Source: a virus
Taxonomy: Duplodnaviria > Caudoviricetes
Length of the DNA stretch: 44,925 nt
Direction: 5' to 3' (one strand)
IMG/VR virus record: IMGVR_UViG_3300023267_000003
Span: 1 to 44,925 of that record
Of this stretch, positions 25,457 to 34,462 are shown piece by piece; the stretch's first letter is position 1, and each line of letters starts with the position of its first letter. The notes beneath the pieces are model-generated. The model saw nothing but the letters and a program-made list of their open reading frames with translations. It did no database searches and was not told the origin of the DNA. The position numbers were made by a program, and so were the translations under genes.

Positions 25457-25711
25457 ATGAAAGAGTCGGAAACCGCTTTTCACTTCAAGGACGGGGACCC
25501 GTGGAGCGTCTGTCAGTTGTCGGGCTTCAAGGTCCGACACTCGCAGCTTCGCGAACGGTGGGACGGCCTGCGCGTCTGGAACAGGTATTGGGAGCCCAAG
25601 CATCCGAGCCTCGACGTTCCCCCCATGCGCGGACAGGAAGTGGTTTCCGACCCTACCGGACGGCCCGTTGATAACTTCGTCATCATCCCCGTTGTGGACT
25701 ATGGCCAGTGA
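25457..25711 (+). CDS. Conserved hypothetical protein
   Basis: CQLSGFK...WDGLRV...WEPKHP. Confidence 0.65.
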   Translation: MKESETAFHFKDGDPWSVCQLSGFKVRHSQLRERWDGLRVWNRYWEPKHPSLDVPPMRGQEVVSDPTGRPVDNFVIIPVVDYGQ

Positions 25712-27585
25712 CCGTCATCCAGCTAACGCCGGTCAACCCGAGTGTTCCGCCTAACGGGTATGCGTATGACGACCTGTCGAACGTCTCGACGGCTGACTTC
25801 GCTGCTGCGGCGGTCGCTGCGGGGCTAGGGACGGTTCTGGAGGCCACGGGAGTGGCGGCGACGGACACAACCGCCCTGCAAGCCCTCCTGACCGCTGGCG
25901 GAGCTGCTACACTCTCTGGCGCGTTCGTCATCAACGCTCCGTTGGTCGGCAATGCCTCGGTTCAGTTGCGGTTTGAGCCGGGCTCTTACATCGACTGTTC
26001 GGCGTTAACCGGAAGTCAGAAGGCCATCACGATCAGCGGCACGCAGTCCGCCGTTCGGTCGCTATCGGCAAGCGCGCTTATCAACACCGCCGTGCTGTCG
26101 TGTTCGGACACCTCGGGACTGACCGCCGGGACGCTGCTGCGCGTCTGTTCCGACGACTCGATTGATCCCGTGCGGACCAATTCCAAGGTAGGTGAATACG
26201 CGCGTGTGGCGTCGGCCAGTGGAACGACCATCAATCTGCTCGGCAAGCTCCGCACCAGCTACACCACGAACCCCCGCATTTACGTCGTGAGCCCCCTTGA
26301 AGGGTTGGAGATAGACGGCCTGCGCCTACAGGGCGCGGAGGGCTCCGGTCGCTATCTCTCGGGCCTTGTCGTGGTCATGGCGGCTGAGCCTCGCGTGACG
26401 GGCGGATGGGTTCGGAATTGCTCGGGCGCAAGCTATCAGTTTCAGGACTGTCTCGGGGGAAAGATCGACACGTTCGAAACCCGCATTTCAGCGACCACGG
26501 ACACGGGCTACGGCGTCTCTGTCGCGGGCTGCACCGAGGGCTTTACCGTCACCGGCCATGAATCGTTCGGCAATCGCCACGCCATCACGACTTCGAACAG
26601 CGCCGTTGCCGGGCAAGAGGGAACGACCCGCAACATCGTCTATGAGAAGTTCGCTATTCACGGCACGCAGACTTCCATTGCGGCGGTGGGCGGTGCGGCT
26701 GTGGATACGCACGCGGCGGGCAACGGCTTCACGGCGCGCGACGGGGAAATCAGCAACCCGACCGGCCCCGCCATCAACATCGAGCAAGCCAACGCGCTTC
26801 TTGAGAACGTTCGCATCCGTGGCGGCGCGAGCCATGCGGTAAGCCTGTTCAACTTCACGTCCATCGACGGAGATTACACGCTCCGCAACATCAACGTCAG
26901 CGGCGGGCTCCGGGTCATCAACGGCGCGGAAGGCTCTAGTTCCGCAACGGGCAAAATCCGCACCATCACGATTGACGGCCTGGCCGCGACGGGTTTCACC
27001 AGCACGCTCATCAACTTCACCAGCTCGCTGACGCCAGCCAACACGGCATGGACCATCGGCAATCTTTACGCCGACATGGCATCGTCCGTGACGGGAACCA
27101 TCACGATCAGCAAATCCGCCGCGATCCAGCATACGGGCTCCTACATCGGCAACGTCCCGCCCACGTTTACCGCGTGGTCAATCGTTGACGTTCCGCTGTT
27201 GAGCTTCCCCGTCCCGGCGACCATAGCCTATGCAACGGGCGGTTCCGATAGCTCCGGCATTGCCATGACGATTGCGCCCAGCGCGTCCAGCTTCACGCTC
27301 TACGGCGACGTCAAGGTGACCGTTCTGGCGACCGCGAGCAACACGGCGCGGGGCGTCAGGCTTGGGGCCAACACGCGCGGCACGCTTCGGGTCAGCGATA
27401 TTCAGGGCAACGCGGCCACGCCCTACAACCCGCTCTCGGGGGCCGTCGCTATTCCCCCGCGCGGCTACCCCTTCACGACGGTGGCCCTGCCGACCGTTCC
27501 CGCCATCGCGGGCATTGAAGTGTTCGACACGACGGCGACCAAGCCCAAGTGGTCGGACGGCGCTGGAAATTGGGTGACCTACTAA
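25708..27585 (+). CDS. Tailspike/fibre with beta-helix (depolymerase-like), copy 1
   Basis: Beta-helix-like repeats; TGYGVSV, NRHAITT, AVDTHA. Confidence 0.75.
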   Translation: MTVIQLTPVNPSVPPNGYAYDDLSNVSTADFAAAAVAAGLGTVLEATGVAATDTTALQALLTAGGAATLSGAFVINAPLVGNASVQLRFEPGSYIDCSALTGSQKAITISGTQSAVRSLSASALINTAVLSCSDTSGLTAGTLLRVCSDDSIDPVRTNSKVGEYARVASASGTTINLLGKLRTSYTTNPRIYVVSPLEGLEIDGLRLQGAEGSGRYLSGLVVVMAAEPRVTGGWVRNCSGASYQFQDCLGGKIDTFETRISATTDTGYGVSVAGCTEGFTVTGHESFGNRHAITTSNSAVAGQEGTTRNIVYEKFAIHGTQTSIAAVGGAAVDTHAAGNGFTARDGEISNPTGPAINIEQANALLENVRIRGGASHAVSLFNFTSIDGDYTLRNINVSGGLRVINGAEGSSSATGKIRTITIDGLAATGFTSTLINFTSSLTPANTAWTIGNLYADMASSVTGTITISKSAAIQHTGSYIGNVPPTFTAWSIVDVPLLSFPVPATIAYATGGSDSSGIAMTIAPSASSFTLYGDVKVTVLATASNTARGVRLGANTRGTLRVSDIQGNAATPYNPLSGAVAIPPRGYPFTTVALPTVPAIAGIEVFDTTATKPKWSDGAGNWVTY

Positions 27586-28280
27586 TGACCACTTCCGGCG
27601 TAATCACGGGGACCATGACGGTCCGCCAGATCGTCTCCAAAGCCTACACCATCCTTGGCGTGAAGGACGCGGTTACGCCGCTCTCTGCTGAGGATGCCGC
27701 CGAAGGCATGGATTCGCTGTCGTGGATGCTGAAAAGCTGGCAGGCGGACGGCAACAACCTGTGGCGTCGGGAGGAGGATTCCATGCTGTGGCCCGCCGAC
27801 GTGCAGGCCGCCCAGCTTGATCCGCAGATTATTGATATCCTAGCGTTGCGATGGGATTTAAACGACGTTCTTACCCCGATGCGCCGTTACAGCCTTGAGG
27901 AATGGGATCGCCTGCCGACCCCGAACGATACCGGCACGCCTATTATCTACAAGTTCATCAAGCATACTTCCGACGTGCAGATCAGCGTGTGGCCCATCCC
28001 GCAGGAAGACACGGCGATGGTTGCCGACGTGGCGCGCATCATCGACACGGTGACCGATCTGGACGAAACCGTTGACCTTCCCCAAGAGTGGACGGAGACG
28101 GTGTTCTACAACCTCGCCGCGCGGCTGGCGGACGTGAGCGGCAAGACCGGCGAGCGCACGAACCGAGTGATCCAGCGCGCCGAAATCCTCTATCGCAACC
28201 TGCGAGGCCATGACCGCGAGCCCGCGCTACGCATCATCCCCGCCCGTCGTCTCTACGGCTACCGAGGGGCAAGGTGCTAG
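27585..28280 (+). CDS. Head-tail adaptor / tail tubular protein A-like
   Basis: LSWMLKSWQADGNNLW, VWPIP, DLPQEW...YNLAARL. Confidence 0.75.
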   Translation: MTTSGVITGTMTVRQIVSKAYTILGVKDAVTPLSAEDAAEGMDSLSWMLKSWQADGNNLWRREEDSMLWPADVQAAQLDPQIIDILALRWDLNDVLTPMRRYSLEEWDRLPTPNDTGTPIIYKFIKHTSDVQISVWPIPQEDTAMVADVARIIDTVTDLDETVDLPQEWTETVFYNLAARLADVSGKTGERTNRVIQRAEILYRNLRGHDREPALRIIPARRLYGYRGARC

Positions 28281-29672
28281 GTGTCCGCACTCCGCATCCA
28301 ACTGCAAGTCGGAAGGCAAACGGCGCGCTCCGATAGCGCTTCTGTGTCCATTGAGCGCCTGCTGAACGGGTATCTGGAGCAGACCCCGCAAGGCAAGGAA
28401 CCCTCCCCCGTCTATGGCATCCCCGGCCTGACGGAATTTGCCGACCTAGGAAGCCAGCCCATCCGGGGCATGATCGAAATGGCCCTGACGCTCTACGCGG
28501 TAAGCGGGGCGAAGGTGTTCCGCATCAACGGTTCCGGCTCCCCGACCGAGCTGGGCGTGATCGGCGGAACCGGTCTTGTCGATATGGCGACGGACGGAAC
28601 CAACATCGTCATTGTCGTTCCCGAAACCGGCGCGATCTACGTCTATGACTCGACGCTTGGAACGGTAACCCAAGTCGCGGACCCGGACGCGCTTCCTGCC
28701 GATAGTGTCGCGTGGATAGACGGCTATTTCATCTTCCACCAAAAAGACTCCGACATCTTCTTTATCTCGGCACTGGCTGATCCAACCGACTACGACCCGC
28801 TGGACTTCGCCTCGGCTGAGTATCGCCCCGACCGGCTTGTCAGGCCCCTGGTGTCCAAGCGCGAAGTCCTGATGATGGGCGCTTCGACTATCGAGGCATG
28901 GCGCAACACGGGGGGCGAGTTGTTCCCCTTCACGCGCCTTGAAGGCTTCTTTATCGACGTGGGTCTGGCGGGGATATTTGCCGCCGTCGTGAGCAATGAC
29001 GCCGTGTTCTGGCTAGCCAACGACAAGACGATCAGGCGTCTCGACGGCATCACCGCTACCCCCATTCAAACACCCGCAATCGCTCGGATCATCGAAAGCT
29101 GGACGGATATCAGCCTGACGGTGGCCCACGCCCATGTGTGGGGCGATCACCTGTTTATCTGTTTCGTGAACCCGGATGGTTGCGTGGTTTACGATCAACG
29201 AACTCAGTTGTGGCACGAGCGCCGTTCGTGGGGGCTGGATACCTGGCGCGCACGAACCCACGTCATCTGCTACGGCAAGCTGCTGTTCGGCGACTCCTCG
29301 ACGGCCAAAATCTACGTCATGGACGACAGCCTGACGGAAGCCGGTGAGATTATCGACTTCGACATGACGTGGCCCTACATCTACACCGAGAACCGCAAGT
29401 TCACGGTTGATCAGGTCACGGTTGTCATGGATACCGGTTCGGCCCCTGTTTACGAGAACGTCCCCAAGGCGGTGCTGTTTACGTCGCGCGACGGCCGGGA
29501 ATGGTCGGCGGGGCGGGAGCGTGAGCTAGGCGCGAGAGGGGATTACAATCGTCAGGTTACATGGACGCGCCTTGGCCAGCACTATCAACTGGCGTGCAGG
29601 CTCCGCATCACCGATCCATGCAGGCGGGTGATACTGTCGGCCTACGGACGCGGGGAGGTTGACGATGCGTGA
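28281..29672 (+). CDS. P22 gp10-like DNA stabilization / tail hub protein
   Basis: WIDGYF, DPLDFASAEYRPD, TIEAWRNTG, VYDQRTQLWHER, WTRLG. Confidence 0.85.
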   Translation: MSALRIQLQVGRQTARSDSASVSIERLLNGYLEQTPQGKEPSPVYGIPGLTEFADLGSQPIRGMIEMALTLYAVSGAKVFRINGSGSPTELGVIGGTGLVDMATDGTNIVIVVPETGAIYVYDSTLGTVTQVADPDALPADSVAWIDGYFIFHQKDSDIFFISALADPTDYDPLDFASAEYRPDRLVRPLVSKREVLMMGASTIEAWRNTGGELFPFTRLEGFFIDVGLAGIFAAVVSNDAVFWLANDKTIRRLDGITATPIQTPAIARIIESWTDISLTVAHAHVWGDHLFICFVNPDGCVVYDQRTQLWHERRSWGLDTWRARTHVICYGKLLFGDSSTAKIYVMDDSLTEAGEIIDFDMTWPYIYTENRKFTVDQVTVVMDTGSAPVYENVPKAVLFTSRDGREWSAGRERELGARGDYNRQVTWTRLGQHYQLACRLRITDPCRRVILSAYGRGEVDDA

Positions 29673-29774
29673 TTGCGGGCGTAGCTTTCTGTCTCGGGCG
29701 TCCACACCGCCCGCTTGTAACGAGTGTTCCGGGCCGCCGACTGCTGCCCCCAACGTGGCGGCCCGGTTCTCGTA

Positions 29775-30284
29775 ATGGCGGTAGAACTCCCCAAGCTGTC
29801 AGCCCGCGCATCCATCGTTCAGGACAGCCCCGGCCAGCCTACGATTCCGGCCCATTACGACTTCATCGAGCTATTCAACAAGCTCAGCCAGACGACGCAG
29901 GACCAGCTCAACCAGATCAATTCCATCCTTGCCGCGATTAGCTGGCCGGTGGGCGTGACGATCCAAGGCGTTGCCGACGGCGCAACCGCCAAGATCACGA
30001 TCAGCGCCCATACGCGCGTCAGCCTGACGAACGCGGTAAGCCTCGATGCTGGCGAAGTGACGGGACTGGCCTACGCCACGCTCTACTACGTCTATTATGA
30101 CGATCAGAACCGCACGGGCGGGGCTGTGACGTATCAAGCCTCGACGGATATTCTCGACGCCTTCGCCTCGGTGGATAACCCCTACAGGCTCAACGTGGGC
30201 TCTGTGACGACGCCTGCGACCAGCGGTGATCCGCCGACTGACGGCACGCCTGCCGGACCTCCGGGGGATACGCAACCGGTCTAG
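29775..30284 (+). CDS. Tail-associated structural protein (needle/plug-like position)
   Basis: Follows gp10; short coiled coil then LYYVYYDD. Confidence 0.6.
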   Translation: MAVELPKLSARASIVQDSPGQPTIPAHYDFIELFNKLSQTTQDQLNQINSILAAISWPVGVTIQGVADGATAKITISAHTRVSLTNAVSLDAGEVTGLAYATLYYVYYDDQNRTGGAVTYQASTDILDAFASVDNPYRLNVGSVTTPATSGDPPTDGTPAGPPGDTQPV

Positions 30285-30323
30285 GCCGTGAGCGTTTTCC
30301 TATCTCCCCCAACGGAGGCTGTC

Positions 30324-30482
30324 ATGACCGACCGCAACGAAACCGCCAAGCCGCAGAACCCCGCCGACAGGGCCAAGGACGATGCCGCTCCCAACCAGAC
30401 CGAAACTGCCGAACAGCGCAAGGAACGCGAACGGCAGGAGGATATTGTTCGAGGGCCGGAGAATCCTCGGCAAGTCCGCTAG
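30324..30482 (+). CDS. Small hydrophilic protein
   Basis: GGAGG SD; followed by a terminator. Confidence 0.55.
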   Translation: MTDRNETAKPQNPADRAKDDAAPNQTETAEQRKERERQEDIVRGPENPRQVR

Positions 30483-30490
30483 CTGATACG

Positions 30491-30525
30491 GAGACGCCCC
30501 GGCGGTAAACTACCGGGGCGTCTTT
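30491..30525. terminator. Terminator hairpin between convergent units
   Basis: AGACGCCCCGG-loop-CCGGGGCGTCT then TT. Confidence 0.75.
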
Positions 30526-30530
30526 GCGAT

Positions 30531-30606
30531 TGGTGCCAGCGGCTGGATTTGAACCAGCACTTTCCGCGATTTGAAGGCGTTGCCTCTACCGTTGGGCTAC
30601 GCTGGC
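30531..30606 (-). tRNA. tRNA-Leu(CAA), short variable loop, weak anticodon stem
   Basis: Cloverleaf parsed by hand: GCCAGCG/CGCTGGC-ACCA, T-arm GCTGG-TTCAAAT-CCAGC, anticodon loop TT-CAA-AT. Confidence 0.75.
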
Positions 30607-30607
30607 T

Positions 30608-30684
30608 TGGTGCTCCGAGAGGGATTCGAACCCCCAACGCCTAGTTTCTAAGACTAGCGCCTCTACCGATTGGGCTACCGGAGC
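30608..30684 (-). tRNA. tRNA-Leu(TAG), short variable loop
   Basis: GCTCCGG/TCGGAGC-ACCA; anticodon arm CTAGT-CTTAGAA-ACTAG; TTCGAAT T-loop. Confidence 0.9.
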
Positions 30685-30687
30685 GAT

Positions 30688-30771
30688 TGGTGGGCGGAAG
30701 TGGAATTTGCACCACTACAGCCGAAACGGGGTTTTTACAGACCCTTGGGCTCACTCGCGCCCAGCCCGCCC
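30688..30771 (-). tRNA. Atypical tRNA-Tyr(GTA)
   Basis: GGGCGGG/TCCGCCC-ACCA; GGGT-CTGTAAAA-ACCC; long variable region; T-loop TGCAAATT. Confidence 0.65.
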
Positions 30772-30832
30772 ATGGTTACAGGGCGAGTCGATATCGGCGT
30801 AACAGGGCGCGCGACGGGTTCATTTCAAGACC

Positions 30833-30890
30833 CTAGCCTAGGCGCAAAAGGTTGTCTATACTCCCGCCAAGCATGGCCCATCCGGGTTCA
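30833..30890 (+). promoter_or_regulatory. Putative late promoter motif, copy 1
   Basis: CTAGCCTA-N15-CTATA-N8-AAGCATGGCCC; same spacing at 36788. Confidence 0.65.
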
Positions 30891-30905
30891 CTCAAGAGGC
30901 CATGC

Positions 30906-31610
30906 ATGGATTTCAACACAGTCGCGAACCATCCCGAGGTCAGGCCCTATCTAGGGGGCTCTGGCGAGCTTGACCTTGCGCCGCTCATCGACAAGTCGTT
31001 CACCTTCCAGAACGAACACGGCGGCTTTGTCGTTCATCCCATCCTTCCGTGCATATACGAGGTCCACAGCCTGTTCCTGCCGGAAGGCAAGGGCACGGCG
31101 TATGAACTAGCTGTAAGTTCGATCCGCGCCATGTTTGCCGGGACCGACTGCGCCCGGCTGGTGACCAAGGTTCCTGACAACAACGAGGCTGCCGCACACC
31201 TTGCCCGCAAAGTAGGTTTCCGCGAGGAATTCCGCCGTGAGAAGGTGGAGATGTTCGATTGCGGTGTGTCGTATCAGACCATCACCGTGGAGCGCTGGCG
31301 CGATTCCGACCCCGACTGTCTGGCTGCTGGCGAATGGTTCCACAAGCGCATTGAGCAAGAGCGCCACGGCAAGCTGGCCCATCTCCCCGAGCATCCCGAC
31401 GAAGGCGAAGCCCACGACCGTGCGGCGGGTGCGTGCGTGCTTATGTGCCGCGCTGGCCAGCCGGAGAAGGGCGCGGCGTTCTATAATATGTGGGCGGCCT
31501 TTGCAGGCTTCCCGCCCGTGACGGTGCTTGAATCCGGCGCGTTGGACATTGGCTCGGGCGTGGTTGTTCGCATTCGTGGCGATGATTTTGAGGTTGTCGA
31601 ATGCCGGTAG
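30906..31610 (+). CDS. GNAT-like virion assembly protein (P22 gp14/DUF2824-like)
   Basis: NHPEVRP, YEVHSLFLPEG, NEAAAHLARKVGF; precedes the ejection genes. Confidence 0.65.
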   Translation: MDFNTVANHPEVRPYLGGSGELDLAPLIDKSFTFQNEHGGFVVHPILPCIYEVHSLFLPEGKGTAYELAVSSIRAMFAGTDCARLVTKVPDNNEAAAHLARKVGFREEFRREKVEMFDCGVSYQTITVERWRDSDPDCLAAGEWFHKRIEQERHGKLAHLPEHPDEGEAHDRAAGACVLMCRAGQPEKGAAFYNMWAAFAGFPPVTVLESGALDIGSGVVVRIRGDDFEVVECR

Positions 31611-32506
31611 CAACCGTAGGGGCCAGCCTTCTCTCCAGCGGCATGAGCGCCAACGCGGAGAAGAAGTCCGCCAAGCTCCAGAACAAGGCGTCGAAAGCTG
31701 CTCTGGCCCTGCAAGAGCGCCAGTATGACACGTCCCTCGCCATGGGCCGCCCGTCCTATCAGCTTGGACAGGCCGCGCAGGGGATTTACGCGAGCGCGCT
31801 GGGCCTTCCGGGCTTCAGCCTCATGCAATACGGCTATCCGGGCTATCAAGACCCGTTCACCCAACAGCAGACCGGCGCACCGGCCAACGCCGCGAACGGC
31901 CAACGTCTCGGCAACGGTGCGATTTCGAATGCCCTGCCGTTCGGACAAGAGCAGTCCGGCAACCCCGCGCAAAGCCCGCTGGCGACCTATCAGGGACCGA
32001 CCGGTCAAACCCTTCAACAGTCCAACGACGCGACCCTGACCAGCATTCTAGGCGGGTCGAACATTCCCGACATCGTACGGGCTCAACCCGGCTACCAGAC
32101 CCAACTAGACGAGGGTATCAAGGCCACGCAAGGGGCGGCATCCGCGACGGGTTCTCTCCGCTCAGGGGCCACCCTCAAGGGCCTTTCCGACTACGGGCAG
32201 CACACCTTCGGTTCGTATTGGGACAAGTGGCTAGGCGGCATCGGCACGCTCGCGGGCTACGGCCAAGCAGCGGGGAACAACATCCAACAGGCTGGTCAAG
32301 CGAATGCGAACAACCAGGGCCAAATCGGCATCGCGAACGCTGCGGCTCAGGGACAAGCGGCTACCGGCGCGGCGAACGCATGGGCGGAAGGTCTTGGCGG
32401 CGCTGCGGGGGCGTTGAGCGCCTATCCGTTCGGTGGATCAACGGGTGCAAGTCCCGCTTCGCATTCGACCAGCACGGGTTGGCTCGGCTACTGGCCGGGG
32501 GGTTAA
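31601..32506 (+). CDS. DNA ejection/transfer protein (P22 gp7-like)
   Basis: PGYQTQLDEG...SATGSLRSGATLKGLSDYGQ; Gly/Ala/Gln-rich. Confidence 0.8.
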   Translation: MPVATVGASLLSSGMSANAEKKSAKLQNKASKAALALQERQYDTSLAMGRPSYQLGQAAQGIYASALGLPGFSLMQYGYPGYQDPFTQQQTGAPANAANGQRLGNGAISNALPFGQEQSGNPAQSPLATYQGPTGQTLQQSNDATLTSILGGSNIPDIVRAQPGYQTQLDEGIKATQGAASATGSLRSGATLKGLSDYGQHTFGSYWDKWLGGIGTLAGYGQAAGNNIQQAGQANANNQGQIGIANAAAQGQAATGAANAWAEGLGGAAGALSAYPFGGSTGASPASHSTSTGWLGYWPGG

Positions 32507-32509
32507 GCC

Positions 32510-34462
32510 GTGGGTTTTTGGGACGCCTACCAACGCTCGAAAGACGCAACGCAATCCGTTCTCGCCCGCCATTACGTCGGCGGGGCGCTTCAACGCGGGG
32601 ACGTTGCCGGAGCGGCTCAGGAAGCCTTCCGCCTTGGGATGCTTGGCGAGGGCCAGCAGCTCCAGCAGCAGGCGCAACAACAGTCCGTACTCGCGGCGCG
32701 GGCTAACGCGGGCTCTCAGCTTGCGGTGGGCCAAGGTCAGCAAGCGGCTACGGGCCTAGCAGCGACGGGTGACTTTGAAGGCGCGAACGAAATCCGTCAG
32801 CAGGTCGCGGCGATGGACGCGCAACAGCGTGCCCAAGCGGCGCAGGCCAACGAAGCCCGCGCTCGGGTAGCGCTGCAAATCCGATCCATGCCGCAAGAAG
32901 AACGCGCTCGCGTCGGCCCACAACTCGCCCAACAGGCTGGCGTAGAGGTTCCGCCCGACTTCGATTGGTCTGATACTCGCCTTGACGGCTTTATCAATTC
33001 CGCGCGGTCGATTGACCAAATCCTGAAGACCCAAGAGCCCTACACGCTCGGGGCCAACGACCGTCGCTACAACGGGCAAAACCAGCTTGTCGCGCAGGGT
33101 TACGAAAAGCCCGACTTCCTCGTGGTTCCGCAGGGCGGCTCGGCTGTTCCGCTCAACGACGCGGCGCGGGCGGCGGGAGGCGTCTCCCCCAACGCCCCGC
33201 AGCCGGGCTCTCCGGTGGGGGCGGGCGTATCGGCCATGGTCGCCAATCCAAGCGGCGCAGCAAGGGGCGAGCGTAACAACAACCCCGGCAACATTGAAGA
33301 CGGACCATTCGCGCGGTCCCTTCCGGGTTATGCGGGCTCGGATGGTCGCTTTGCTCGCTTCGCTACCCCTGAACAGGGTATTGCGGCTAATACCCGCTTG
33401 CTGTCGTCCTACATTCAGCGCGGCTACAACACCCCTGCGGAGATTGTGGGGCGGTGGGCTCCGCAATCCGAGAACGGGGCGTCCACGGGCAACTATGCGG
33501 CTTACGTGGCCCAACGGCTCGGCATTGGGGTCAATGATCCGGTGCCGCCCGAGCGTGTGCCCGAGCTTCGCAACGCCATGTTCGAATTTGAGAACGGGCG
33601 TCGTCCCGGCGCTGGACAGGCCCAAGCGGGGCAGATTCCGGGAACGATCCAGGGGCCGCCCAAGCCCGGCTACCGGTTCGCCACTCGGGAGGAAAAGGTC
33701 GCACAGGGACTTAACCCTGAGCTGCCCTATCAAATCTCGCCCGACAACCAATTTGCGTTGGTACCCCAAGGCGACACGGCCAATCGCGGCGTTCGCCGCG
33801 ACACGGTTCAACTTCGCAAGGAGTTTGACGCGTTGCCGGATGTACGTGACTTCCGTGAGGTCGCGGCAAACTACAATCAGGTTCGTTCGCTGGCCCGAAG
33901 CGGCGCGAGCGCGTCGGATGACGTTGCTCTCATCTTTTCGTACATGAAAATGCTGGACCCCGGATCGGTTGTTCGCGAGGGCGAGTTTGCGACCGCGCAG
34001 AACACCACGGGCGTTCCCTCACAGGTATTGAATGCCTACAATCGCGCCATGCGCGGCAACCGCCTGAACGATGAACAGCGGACCCAATTTGCCAGCACCG
34101 CCCAGACCATTTTCGACCGTCGCCGGACCCGATACGATCAGGTCGCAGAGCAGTATCGAGGGTATGCCGCCGAAAGCGACCTAAACCCCAATTCCATTGC
34201 GCCGCCCTACGTTCCGTTGCGTGACACAGGGCGGGGTGACCGGACGCGCGGTGAACGTCAGTGGAGCGCGCAACAACAGGCCGCCGTTCGTAGCGGGTGG
34301 AATGTGAACGGAGCGACGGTTCGCCTTGATCCGAACGCAGAGCGCGGCAAGCCGTCGAACCCCTATCTTATCGACCCCGCCCGTCCCGACCAAAGCTATC
34401 AAGCTCTTCCGAAGGGGGCTAACTACCTGTCCCCGGACGGTCACCTGAGGGTTAAGCGGTAA
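32510..34462 (+). CDS. Ejection protein with putative muralytic domain
   Basis: RGERNNNPGNI...RFARFATPEQG...RWAP.SEN..T.NY; MKMLDPGSVVREGEF. Confidence 0.75.
   Translation: MGFWDAYQRSKDATQSVLARHYVGGALQRGDVAGAAQEAFRLGMLGEGQQLQQQAQQQSVLAARANAGSQLAVGQGQQAATGLAATGDFEGANEIRQQVAAMDAQQRAQAAQANEARARVALQIRSMPQEERARVGPQLAQQAGVEVPPDFDWSDTRLDGFINSARSIDQILKTQEPYTLGANDRRYNGQNQLVAQGYEKPDFLVVPQGGSAVPLNDAARAAGGVSPNAPQPGSPVGAGVSAMVANPSGAARGERNNNPGNIEDGPFARSLPGYAGSDGRFARFATPEQGIAANTRLLSSYIQRGYNTPAEIVGRWAPQSENGASTGNYAAYVAQRLGIGVNDPVPPERVPELRNAMFEFENGRRPGAGQAQAGQIPGTIQGPPKPGYRFATREEKVAQGLNPELPYQISPDNQFALVPQGDTANRGVRRDTVQLRKEFDALPDVRDFREVAANYNQVRSLARSGASASDDVALIFSYMKMLDPGSVVREGEFATAQNTTGVPSQVLNAYNRAMRGNRLNDEQRTQFASTAQTIFDRRRTRYDQVAEQYRGYAAESDLNPNSIAPPYVPLRDTGRGDRTRGERQWSAQQQAAVRSGWNVNGATVRLDPNAERGKPSNPYLIDPARPDQSYQALPKGANYLSPDGHLRVKR

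Noticed and set aside
29673-29770. Riboswitch upstream of 29775
   Set aside because: Two GC-rich hairpins but no recognisable aptamer consensus.
30531-30771. tRNAs as an attP site or stop-codon suppressors
   Set aside because: No integrase found; the best folds give sense anticodons (TAG anticodon = Leu), and genes use all three stop codons normally.
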